A stretch of DNA of 64,000 nucleotides, from contig NC_059428.1 in the NCBI RefSeq assembly GCF_021028975.2, positions 66,898,001 through 66,962,000 on the forward strand, given 5' to 3'. Origin of the DNA: Sphaerodactylus townsendi (lineage: Eukaryota). The notes under the pieces were generated by a model. The model did not search any database, was not told the origin of the DNA, and saw nothing but the letters and a program-made list of their open reading frames with translations. Of the stretch, positions 1-10,258 are shown piece after piece. Within the stretch, counting starts at the first letter, position 1. Each line of letters starts with the position of its first letter. Made by a program: the position numbers and the translations under genes.

Positions 1-859
1 ACATGTTTCGAGCTGTTCTACAGGGGCTGCATTTTAATTTGGGGCAGTATGGAGATAACTTTAGACACTTGAGAATATTTTGTTCTTGTTTTAACTATTA
101 CTATTGCTGTTATTAAATAAAGTTTGCTCTATATTCTTCACTAAAACACAGCTTTTTTCTAAGAAAGAGTAATTCCATTTAAGTATTGCAAAAGAATTTA
201 GTCAAATAGAAACCTTTTAAAATTTAATCTGGAATTCTGAAAGACTAAATGAATTCAAATGGATGTTTGCCATCTGCATGGCCCAGTTTGGAATATAAAT
301 GAGTCAAAGAAGTAATTTACAGTCACTCAGTTTTTATAATGTACCTCAAGTCACTAAAATGAGGACAGTTTTATGGTATTTCACCTCTGACAGATCTGAA
401 TATTAACCGGATAGACTTTGTTCCTCACCTAAGGGTAAAAACACATCATCAAAGCGGGTAGATTTGTGGCAACAGGTCCGACAAAGTGCTTTTAAGTGAT
501 TCTTGTCTGGTTCCACTTTGGCTGGAGGGTCAGTGAAGACAGAAACTTGGCTAGGAGTAAAGTCAGCCTGACTTCTGTAGAAAAAGACAGATCTAAATTT
601 AGCTGCGGTCTAAGGTTAGGTCCGGTGAATACCAGAGGTAACTGTGACATAAAGCATATTGATCATATTCTCCTACAACCATTTCAAGGGATCCCTTTTC
701 AAGGGATCATGTTTGCTTCAGTGAGGTCACATAGGTAATATATATTTCAGGGATATGCTGTTATTAAAAATGTGTCCAAAGCTATTATTTAAAAAGTATC
801 CAAACAGTGCTGTTATTTTAAAAATGTGTTAGAAAGTCGGAACGTTGGGTTTTTTTTAA

Positions 860-1035
860 TGAGGGTTTTATTGCTGATGCTGTTTTATTATATCGACCAC
901 TGTGTTTTACTTTAATGGGTTTTTAACTGTATATGTTGTAAATTTATGTTGTCCACCACCCAGAGCCCTTTGGGGGTAGGGCGGTATACAAAACCCAGTA
1001 ATTGATTAATTAATTAATTAATTAATAAATAAACT
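860..1035 (+). mobile_element. L2-type LINE 3' end remnant with (TTAA)n/(TAAA)n tail
   Basis: T-rich 3'UTR-like tract, then 'ccacccagagccc...gggcggtata' stem-loop, then a TTAA/TAAA simple-repeat tail, as is typical of L2-family 3' ends. Confidence 0.55.
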
Positions 1036-1147
1036 AACTAACTGTCTAATATCTTGATTCTCTGCTTCTCATAGGCATTTTTAATGGCGAAATTGTACCT
1101 GGGTGGACCCGGTATCTCACGTACTGGGTCAATTTTGCTAATCTTAA

Positions 1148-1252
1148 TGATATTTCCTGAATTCCCGCCTACTGCACCTATGCTGCTCCATCTGTTTCTG
1201 TGATATTTCACAGATTCCCGCTTCTGCACCTATGCTGCTCCATCTGTTTCTG
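1148..1252. repeat. Tandem duplication of a ~53-bp unit
   Basis: 'tgatatttc..attcccgc.t.ctgcacctatgctgctccatctgtttctg' occurs at 1148-1200 and 1201-1252. Confidence 0.9.
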
Positions 1253-1959
1253 TATGGGCACAGGATTTTTTTCATTTGCCCCATGATCTGTTTCATGCAT
1301 GCGTGGAGAACCTCCATTTCCCACATTCTCATTGGCAGCTGGTTGTGTCACTCAAATCAGAGGCGTAGCTAGGGAAAATGGAGCCTGGTGTAAAATCTGA
1401 GTTTTGCAGGGCCCCCTGTATGGACGGTCTCCCCACAACCAAAAGCCACCCTCCCCCACTACGACCAAAGAACAATTTTTGCACCATGGCATCTCAAAGT
1501 CACTATCACATTATAGAACATGTCCCAACTCACAAATCTGGGCTCCCTAGTTTAAACAACATTGAAACTGATGCTGTTCAGGGGAGGGAAAATCCACCCT
1601 GAAACAGCATCACTTTTAATGTTGTTTAGAACTAGAGAAGAGCAGATTCTTCTTGGTAATCCATCCACTTATGAGGGAGGGTCTGGGCTCTCTAGTTTAA
1701 ACAACATTGAAAGTGATGCTGTTTCAATGAGGATCCCCCCCTCCACCCCCAGACAGCATCACTTTCAATATTTTTTAGATAAGGGAGCCCAGATTATCCT
1801 TTTAAATCCACCTTAAAGGGAGAATCTGGACTCCCTAAACAACATTGAAAATGATGATGTTTCAGGGTGGATACCCCACCCCCCCGCAACAGCATCACTT
1901 TCAATGTTGGTTGTTGTTTGTTTTCCAGGCTGTGTGGCCATGGTCTGGTAGATCTTGTT

Positions 1960-2001
1960 CCTAATGTTTCGCCTGCATCTGTGGCTGGCATCTTCAGAGG
2001 T
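1960..2001 (-). ncRNA. Minimal hammerhead ribozyme-like motif, opposite-strand copy
   Basis: Reverse complement of 2077-2118 (cctaatgtttcgcctgcatctgtggctggcatcttcagaggt). Confidence 0.55.
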
Positions 2002-2076
2002 GTATCCACAAGAGAGAAGTCTCAGTTATACACTGTGTCCAGACTTCTCTTATTACAAGACTTCTCTCTGTGATAC

Positions 2077-2118
2077 ACCTCTGAAGATGCCAGCCACAGA
2101 TGCAGGCGAAACATTAGG
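2077..2118 (+). ncRNA. Minimal type-I hammerhead ribozyme-like motif (Penelope-associated)
   Basis: cct-CTGAAGA(2081-2087)-tgcc...ggc-GAAAC-ATT-agg. CUGANGA and GAAA core boxes are present, with GCC/GGC stem II and CCT/AGG stem I. The stem III G appears mutated to A. Confidence 0.55.
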
Positions 2119-2859
2119 AACAAGATCTACCAGACCATGGCCACACAGCCTGGAAAACCCACAACAACCAGTTGAATCCATCTGTGAAAGTCTTCAACAA
2201 TACTTTCAAAGATTTTTTTAATCTAGGGAGCCCAGATTCTCCCTTTAAATCCACTCAGAAGGGATCAGAAGGGACCAGAATTTCTATGCAGTGCAATCCA
2301 CAATCAGGTTAAGCCTATGGACTTATTCAAGGCAATAAGACTTAGGTTTAACCTTAGCTGAACTGAAATTGAAGATACCCACATTACCGCTCCACAGGTA
2401 CATTTATCCCTAGGTCATGCAGTGTGTATTCAAATTGTCAAGATTTTTGTTAGTGGAAATCAAATAAATTGGCATTTGTTAATATTTCTTAGATTTTCTA
2501 ATGTTTCCAAAAATGTAATGGCTAATGGATATTCAGTATTTGGATCGTTTTCCCCATCTTAACCTACACTGTGTACAAAGCAATTACAGCAATTATGGAC
2601 TGTGATTTTTTTATTTACATTGTTAATTGCATTATGTTGCAGAATCCTTAGAAGAGCTAAGGATTGTTTGACAGAAAAGGTGCAATTGGTGAACATTGCC
2701 TATCTATCCACCAGCCATGTCATGTTCTAAAAACTGTAGACCCAGACTAGACTTTACTTGTTTTCTTTTGTGCATTGGAAAAAGTGGACAGTTGCCCAGG
2801 GCGCCCCCCTTGTGAGAAGTGGAAACGTCAAAAAATCTGGAGTTATTGGATTTTGTGGG

Positions 2860-3260
2860 ATTTTTTTGTATTTTTGGTGTGTTTTCCGTTTTCGGCCTGC
2901 AGGGGACGCAGTTTTTAGGCTAGCAGTACCAAAATTTCAGAGATTTTTCAGGAGACTCTCCTGATGATATCACCCAGGTTTGATTTAGGGAGTCCAAAGT
3001 TATGGACTCCCAAAGGGAGTGCTCCCATCCCCCATTATTTCCAATGGGAGCTAATAGGAGATGGGGAGTGATGCACTTTTGAGGGGTCCATAACTTTTGA
3101 CCCCCCTGAACCAAACTTCACTGAAACCTGGGTGGTATTATCATCAGTAGGGGGGCTTCACAAAGATACTCTTGAAATTTTTGGTGCTGCTATCTTAATA
3201 ATCGCACTCCTGACAGCAGGCACCCCCTAAATTTTCCCAGATTATCCTGTTAAATCCACC
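2860..3260. repeat. Interspersed DNA-transposon internal repeat (also at 38020-38110 and 43830-44720)
   Basis: Shared motifs 'ccaaaatttcag', 'ggagactctcctgatgat', 'ccaatgggagctaa' and 'ggtccataacttt..ccccc..aaccaaactt'. Confidence 0.75.
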
Positions 3261-3267
3261 CCCCTTC

Positions 3268-3340
3268 CTGCCAATCCTTGTTTTCTTTTATTTGTTTATT
3301 CCCTCAATGCCTAATAAAGGTTGTTGTTGTTGTTGTTGTT
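3268..3340 (+). mobile_element. Severely 5'-truncated LINE tail with (GTT)n end and ~18-bp TSD
   Basis: 'atgcctaataaagg(ttg)n' flanked by GTTAAATCCACCCCC(C)TTC at 3249-3267 and 3341-3358. Confidence 0.75.
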
Positions 3341-4341
3341 GTTAAATCCACCCCCTTCGGCATGGATTTAAAGGGAGAATCTGAGGTCCCTAGTTTAAAC
3401 ATTGAAAGTGATGCTGTTTCAGGGTGAGGAAAATCCACCCCAAAATAAGAGTCATCACTTTCCAATGTTATTTAAACTAGGGACCCCAGATTCTCCCAAC
3501 TTTAAGGTGGACTGAAAAGTAGAATCTGGGCTCCCTAGTTTAAACACCATTGAAAATGATGATGCGTTTTGGTGATTCCTAGCATCACTTTGTTTAAACT
3601 ATGGAGTCTAAATTCTCCTTTTAAATCCACCTTAAAGGAGAATCTGAGGTCCCCAGTTTAAATAACATTGAAAGTGATGCTGTTTCCCCCAATTAGAGGG
3701 ACTGGATACAACAACATAAAAGTGTGTTTCATAGCAGTAATAAAACATTTGAAAGCATTTTGAAAATGTTTTTTAAAATATTTCTGCTGTGTGGCATGGC
3801 CCCATTCTTTGCTAACGTGTTCAGATTTTGCTGAGTTGGGGCATGTTCTATAATGTGATGAGTGACTTTGAAAATGACTCTGGTGGAAAAAAATCATTGT
3901 TTGGTCACGGTAGGGGAGGGTGGCCACCCATGGCATCAAACTCAGGTTTTGCCCAGGGCTCCAGTTTGCCTAGGTACACCATTGGTTTTGTGAAATTAAA
4001 AACACCTCGCTATGCAGCTTTCCAGTAAGGAGACAGATAATGGAGCAGCAATATATATATTCTGCCACTGATCTTCCCTACAGCCACATGATATAAAAAC
4101 ACAGAGCTGGAAGAGAGCCCAAGGGTCACCTATTTTAATCTTCTGCTCAATGCTGGAAATTCACAGCTACCTCCCCCTGTTTCTAATGATACCTGCTGTA
4201 TAAACTGAGAGGCTAAGGTACAGGCCCTAGAATCCTCTGTCGGATGCATCATTCTACTGATTCTACTGTACAGGGATTTGGTGGCAGGTGGATCAATGTG
4301 GCAATATTTTCTGAAGACAGGAACTTTGAACTCCAATGCTC

Positions 4342-4546
4342 NNNNNNNNNNNNNNNNNNNNNNNNNNNNNNNNNNNNNNNNNNNNNNNNNNNNNNNNNNN
4401 NNNNNNNNNNNNNNNNNNNNNNNNNNNNNNNNNNNNNNNNNNNNNNNNNNNNNNNNNNNNNNNNNNNNNNNNNNNNNNNNNNNNNNNNNNNNNNNNNNNN
4501 NNNNNNNNNNNNNNNNNNNNNNNNNNNNNNNNNNNNNNNNNNNNNN
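4342..4546. other. Assembly gap (205 N)
   Basis: Run of N characters. Confidence 1.
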
Positions 4547-4656
4547 AGAGTTTGCTTTTGTTCATAAGGAATGGCTCTGTAAGCCAAGGTTAATTAAGTG
4601 GAAGGAACGATTTATTCAGAAAGACTACTTGACCAGGTAGATAGAAAGGTTTAAGA

Positions 4657-4931
4657 CAGCATGGTGTAGGATTAAGAATAGTGGACTAATCTGGATAACT
4701 GGGTATGATTCCTCCATATGAGCAGTGGAGTCTGATCTGGTGAACCAGGTCTGTTCCCCCATTCCTACATATGAAGCCTGCTAGGTGACCCTTGTCTTGT
4801 CACAGTTCTTGCAGAACTCTCTCAGTCCCATCTACTTCATAAGGTATCTATTGTGGGGAGAGGAAGGGAAAGAGTTTGTAAACTTTGAGACTCCTTACAG
4901 GAAAGGCAGGATATGCATCCAAACTCTTCTT
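4657..4931 (+). mobile_element. tRNA/CORE-type SINE, diverged copy
   Basis: Colinear with 59153-59456: head 'ggtgtaggattaag', core 'gctaggtgaccc..gtcacag', tail 'ccaaactcttctt'. Confidence 0.7.
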
Positions 4932-6543
4932 AATATCTGAACACAGCTGATACATAAGATGCTTTCACTAGAAATGCCATGTTGAACCTGCATACCAGGC
5001 ATATGGGCTGCCATTGAGCCATAGGTCTTGCCCACATCACAGACAGTATCCTGATTATGAAACTGTAATTTTCAGTAGCAGTCATGCAGAAAATTCATTC
5101 CATTGACATTTTGCTTCTGAAATGTATAAAATTCTGTAGAGGTAGATGGGTGTATATTGTAAACAGGCTCTTCTCCACAAATTTATTTGCATTCCAGTGA
5201 AATAATGTTACAACTGAAGAATCCAGAAATAACCTGGGTTACTCAAAGTCCTTCATGTCAATGGGTGTAACCCATATGGGAGTGCCATGTTTATTTAGCA
5301 CCCTGGTAAACCTGTCATTTCACAACATTAGCCAGCTGGATATGCATCACAGCAGATGTTTTGTTTTGTTCACTGAACTGCTTTGATTTTCTTAGCAAAA
5401 CTAATCCCCTTATACTATTCAAAGCAGTGGAGATTTGGGTGGAATGGAATATAGATTTGTACATAATATAGAACAGTGATACTTAAAACAAATTACATCT
5501 TGAGACTAGCCTAGCCATACTTGACAGAAGAAGCTCCTCCTATCTTGATGTATACTGGTAGTTTTAGAAGCTCCTTTTGGACTCCAGTTGTTTGCCAGCT
5601 GCAAATATATTTTGTGGTTTAAATACTTTATAGACTACATCAGGTTTCCCTACAGCAAAGCCCTGGAGATTTTGGCAATTTGAAAACTACACATGACCCA
5701 AACATTAGCTAATTTCAAAGAGTACAGCATGAAATATTGTCTACGAATTCCAATAAGCATTGTCTCTGAAGAGGACTTCTCAGAACTGCGGGACTCTTTA
5801 TGGGTATTATAACAGAGATGATGCTTGTAAGTAATCTCATTCTAAAGTAGTTCATTTTCAAGAATACACTTACATCACTAATTGTTTCCACAGAAAGTGG
5901 TGTTTAATGCTGCAAGATTCTCTTATTCTTCCCCTCCCTTCTCCTTCTCTTATTCTTCCCCTCCCCATAGGGCTTCTGTTTCCTTTACAAGTGCCTCCTT
6001 CACTGACATTAGGTTTCAGAAATTCACTTCAGTAATCACATCTGCTGTTTCTTAAGATGTGATTCAACAAAGAATGTAAGCTTATGAATCAATCTGTGAT
6101 AAGTAATACTGGACGTTTATCATATGTGTGGGATGTTCAATCCTCTGTTTAGAGCGTTGTTTTGTCACAGTGCCCAACCATCATCTCAAACACTTGAACA
6201 AAATTGTTTTTCCAAATGTTTGAAATCAAATGACAATGGCTTAGTACACATTCTTATACCACTTTCCCCTGTCTTCATCTCTCATCTGACATCTATGCTT
6301 TTTTAAAAAAAATCAGTAAAATAAATAAAAGGTGTCTCAAACTTGCTGGGGGGTGGTAGGATAATATGGCTTGTCCCTCTATTTTCAAATTTTCTCTTTA
6401 AAGGGGAAACCAGTACAGCCTATCCCTCTATTTTGCCTCCCTGCTTGATTCCCAGAGCCAAGCATGCTCATGTTCATTCATATGTATTAATTAGATTTAT
6501 ATTTTTTTTGCACTTCTGTCTGCAATTGTACTTCTGTCTAGTA

Positions 6544-6691
6544 CAGGGGTAGGGAACCTGCGGCTCTCCAGATGTTCAGGAACTACAATTCCCATCAGCC
6601 CCTACCAGCATGGCCAATTGGCCATGCTGGTAGGGGCTGATGGGAATTGTAGTTCCTGAACATCTGGAGAGCCGCAGGTTCCCTACCCCTG
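6544..6691. mobile_element. hAT (Charlie-like) MITE, perfect 148-bp palindrome
   Basis: CAGGGGTAGGGAACC...GGTTCCCTACCCCTG is self-complementary about ccaa|ttgg. 8-bp TSD GTCTAGTA at 6536-6543 and 6692-6699. Confidence 0.93.
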
Positions 6692-7637
6692 GTCTAGTAC
6701 ATTCTGATCATGGACCAACCTACTGAAGGCTACTAATTAAGGAATATTGCCGATCAAAACAGCTCATGCTCTCTTATATATCTGATTTTACATTACATTC
6801 TTCACACACTGGTGCCAAAACTCAATCCAACAAGGTCTACACATCAATGTTACTAACTCTGTTGATTGCACAAACACAAATGTAGTACATGCATGTTAGC
6901 ATTCATAGCTTTAAATGATGCATAACCTGCCCATTATGATCCTAGGGAGTGTGGAATCAAGCAAGCCAGTGCATGTGAACATGTGCCAACAGCAACTCCC
7001 AGCTGCTGAGTGCACAAAGATAAAGCTATTCAAAATGGTGTTCATTTTGAATTAAGAACAAATCATCAAAGTGATGCTATGACTCAACTGGACAGAAATC
7101 ATACATTGCAAATAGGACAAGTATGAATTTTAAAAACGTTCTTTGTGAGCAAGAAATCATCCCTAGCAGTGAATGGCTCATGAACAGATGTTTGTCTGAT
7201 GTGAACGTCATTTTTTAAAAAAAATGTTTCAAAATTCTAGTCTCTCAAGTCAAAATCTTGGTGATGACATGATGACATGTCTTTTTAACACTTGCCTACT
7301 TCTGACACAGCAGTCACATTATTTATTTGGAAAGATAAACCAGCAGCCAGTATACTCGTATTCTGTTTCGTATCAGCTGCATAAAGTACTGCTGGTTCTG
7401 TATTGCAGAGAGATCCCCTCTTACTAGCTTTAAGCAAAAATATATATATTAAATAATCCTTTACCTCATGTCTCTTGATCCATAGGACTATGCAGTACAC
7501 TTGAAATAGTGGTGCCATGAACCCTGCCCAGGCCATTTATAGCCCTCACCCATCTAAGCATGTTCCATATGCTACTTCATCTAAGGGCAAACTGGCTGTG
7601 ACAGTGGCCAAGGGGCCAGTCAATGGACAGAAATGTC

Positions 7638-8457
7638 ATCGATTCCCCACGGTCAATTAACCGTGTGATACTCACGCAAAATATCCAGGTTTCAGAAAGA
7701 ACTCCCCACTGCTTAAGCGACGAACAGGGATTCATCCTGTTTCTGGTGCTCGTTCTCCCCCTTATCCCACATCCTGGCAGAACCTGCTTGCAAGTGCAAC
7801 TTTCCCCCTTAGCACGCTTTCGATCCAGTTTCATGGGGAAAAACAGGGGTCCAATCTGTGTTTGAAATTCCCGCAGTGGAGCGTGACGCAAGTCTAGCAA
7901 CCAATCAGCTCTCGGCGGGCGCTGAGCGATGCGCGTGCAGCCTCTTCCAGGTTTCAATTTCGCTGTTGGTCTTGGTGAAATACATTAGCATAATGAAAAA
8001 CCGCTTAAACGATTAACCATTCACCCTTCCAAACGAGCAAAAATCCGCTTAGTGCCTAAATGCTTAAATGTTCATCCTTGCAAATGAATAATAGAATCAT
8101 GTCTACTTGAAATGGACTGGAAAAGCGTTCTTCTGATAGAATGTTGGCAGTCCACGATCTCTTTAACCTCTGCCTTTAACCTCTGCCTCATCCTTGCAAA
8201 TGAGTGAACCTCAGGTCAGCAAGTGGCAGGGAAAAATTTCCTGCCCCCAAAAGGTCCCACCCCAACACGGCACGCCAGCCAATCAGGAAAGACCCACAAA
8301 GGAGATTGCGTGGTAGTGGGGATTGCTACATTTCTGGGATCCAAGATAGGCCTACATGTCTTTGCTGCGGTGGGGAGGTTGAAACCTTGATGAAAAGGTG
8401 TGGTTTCTTTACAAACTTGGTTTGATCTAGATAGAATTTCCCCATGGGGAATCAACC
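7638..8457. mobile_element. PIF/Harbinger-like non-autonomous element
   Basis: Imperfect TIRs 'catcgattccccacgg' and 'ccatggggaatcaacc'. CpG-retaining interior contrasts with the flanks. TSD not resolved. Confidence 0.5.
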
Positions 8458-9117
8458 TTAGAGGGAAATCTAACTATTTTAAGATTACCAAAAGGGTCCA
8501 GCAGTAATCAGTGATCTTGTTCCTGCCTTACACATGCCTTTTAAAGTGGCATGAGGGTGGGCTGTTTTTGCACTTCAGAAGGCCACAAGGGGAAAACAAG
8601 TCCCCTTCTTCTGCCATGGCCTGGGAGTTTAAAAATAGCTAGATTTCCCTTCAACATGGTATGGGTGACCACAGGTTGGTCCCAGCCACTGTAGTGCCTA
8701 CTTTACCATGCCAAGTTTGATCTAAGAACCAAATTACATGTTAATGTTTTGTTTTTGATAATTGGGTCCAGGTTCCCCAGGTTCATATAGCTATTGTGGA
8801 AAAAGGCATTATTAAAGTCCCCAGTAACCCAACTGAATCTGGGACAATGGCACAGGGGGAGGAGGTGCTCTTATGTTCTTCCCTTGCATTTTCCTGAGCC
8901 AAAATAGCTGGCAATGAGTGATTTGTTTATCTACGTAACTCTGTATGGGCAGACCCAACTCAGCAAACAAACAAAAAAAGATGGAGAAGTTAGCAGGAAA
9001 ACAGTTTCACCATAATTGTAACAGGAATACTGTGGTATGTGGTCCCTGTATACAGCAGAAATCTTCTTTCTGGAAAAGCTCATTTTAGAGAGTGGGCTTG
9101 TTGGTTTTCAGTAGAAA

Positions 9118-9270
9118 AGCTAGATTAGAGCCCAGTAGCATCTTAGAGACCAACAAGATTTTAGGAGTATGAGCTTTCAAGAGCCAAGGGTCCTTTTGTC
9201 TGACAAAGGGAGTTTTGTCTCTTGAAAACTCATATTCCCTCGATCTTGTGGTACTTGGCTTGAATCTAGC
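9118..9270. mobile_element. Degenerate Penelope-like fold-back fragment (second family)
   Basis: Inverted arms 'gctagatt...caacaagat...gagtatgagctttcaagag' and 'ctcttgaaaactcata...gatcttg..aatctagc'. Decayed core ctgacaa(9200)...gaaa(9224). Confidence 0.55.
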
Positions 9271-10215
9271 CTATCTGGCAAAGGAGTAATGTCCAAAGGG
9301 TTTGAATCACCTCCTGCAGGCAAGTTCCCTAGTATCAGATGTACACATAGGTTAGAAAACACAATGTATCACATACATCTATAGTTCACTCCACAGAGTC
9401 AACCCTAACAGTCTTGACCAAATCAAGAACTGGAAACACTATTCTTTTGTCAGGCAAGAGAAATACAGACAACTGGGGCATCAGCTCAGGAATAACCTGT
9501 ACCTTCACAAGAAGCACAGCAGTAAACTCTTTGATAGCTCACTGGGGAAAAGTGCCCATGTGGTAACCAGGAAGCAGAGGTTTGTTTCCAACTAAGAGAG
9601 ATGATGGCAAAAAGGCAAAAATTAACTTTTAGTCAGCAACTGACTGAACAAGAAGGAGAAGCCAGTCTGTGTGTTCTGCATATGGGCAGCAGCAGCCTGA
9701 CATCAGGGGGCATGGTTGAATCAGCAGAATTTTGTTGACTGTTTCTTTGTGGACGTCTCACAGAGATGGTGATTAGTGCCATGTGGTGGCTGGTGGATAG
9801 TGGAGTGGTAATATGTCCTCCTGTGCAATCGCTATGGTCTCTGTGGCTCAGTGAGACATTTTTCTTTTGCATTTGTCCCTTCTTCAGTTCAGACGTAAGA
9901 TACCAACTAGCAGTGATAGTGGCATGCTGGCAATGTGAGATCTTAAATATGAGCTGCCCCACCATGATGTAAATTCGTTATTATTTTTCCATCTTTTTGT
10001 AACCTGCATCTCAACAACTAAAGAAAATCATTCAGAAGTTACTAAGAAAAGGTCTGTGTACAAACTTTCAGACTAAAAATCAATTATTGAAACAGTAGGA
10101 ACACATTAATATTCAGACTAATTCTACCTAAAAAGGGGGATAATAACTTGCAGTGTAGATAGTTTGCCAAAAGTGCAGAAATACAGAACAATGCTGAACA
10201 CAAACCGTGACAAGA

Positions 10216-10258
10216 CGTGTGTGTGTGTCCGTCCGTCCGTCCGTCTGTCGGTGTGTGT
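10216..10258. repeat. Compound (GT)n/(CCGT)n microsatellite
   Basis: gtgtgtgtgtgtccgtccgtccgtccgtctgtcggtgtgtgt. Confidence 0.9.

Larger units (their letters stand above)
1909..2200. mobile_element. Penelope-like element terminal fragment in inverted (fold-back) arrangement
   Basis: Near-perfect ~110-bp inverted arms at 1909-2025 and 2058-2169, each containing CTGAAGA...GAAAC. It interrupts a host repeat unit with a short imperfect duplication (actttcaatg / actttcaaag). Confidence 0.75.
1358..3984. mobile_element. Non-autonomous hAT-like DNA transposon (or two outward-facing halves) with internal hairpin array
   Basis: Left end CAGAGGCGTAGCTAGGGAAAATGGAGCC..AAAATCTGAGTTT matches the reverse complement of the right end (CAATGGTGTACCTAGGCAAACTGGAGCC..AAAACCTGAGTTT). 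Internal palindromic units repeat. No matching TSD (actcaaat vs gttttgtg). Confidence 0.65.

Noticed and set aside
1794-2221. Repeated peptide DTPLKMPATDAGETLGTRSTRP on both strands and at 53486
   Set aside because: It is a translation of the Penelope-like inverted repeat, not a gene family.
1535-3690. CRISPR-like repeat/spacer appearance
   Set aside because: Eukaryotic context, no cas genes, long degenerate palindromes and loops related to one another.
4244-4640. ORFs containing X runs
   Set aside because: Artefacts of translating through the N gap.
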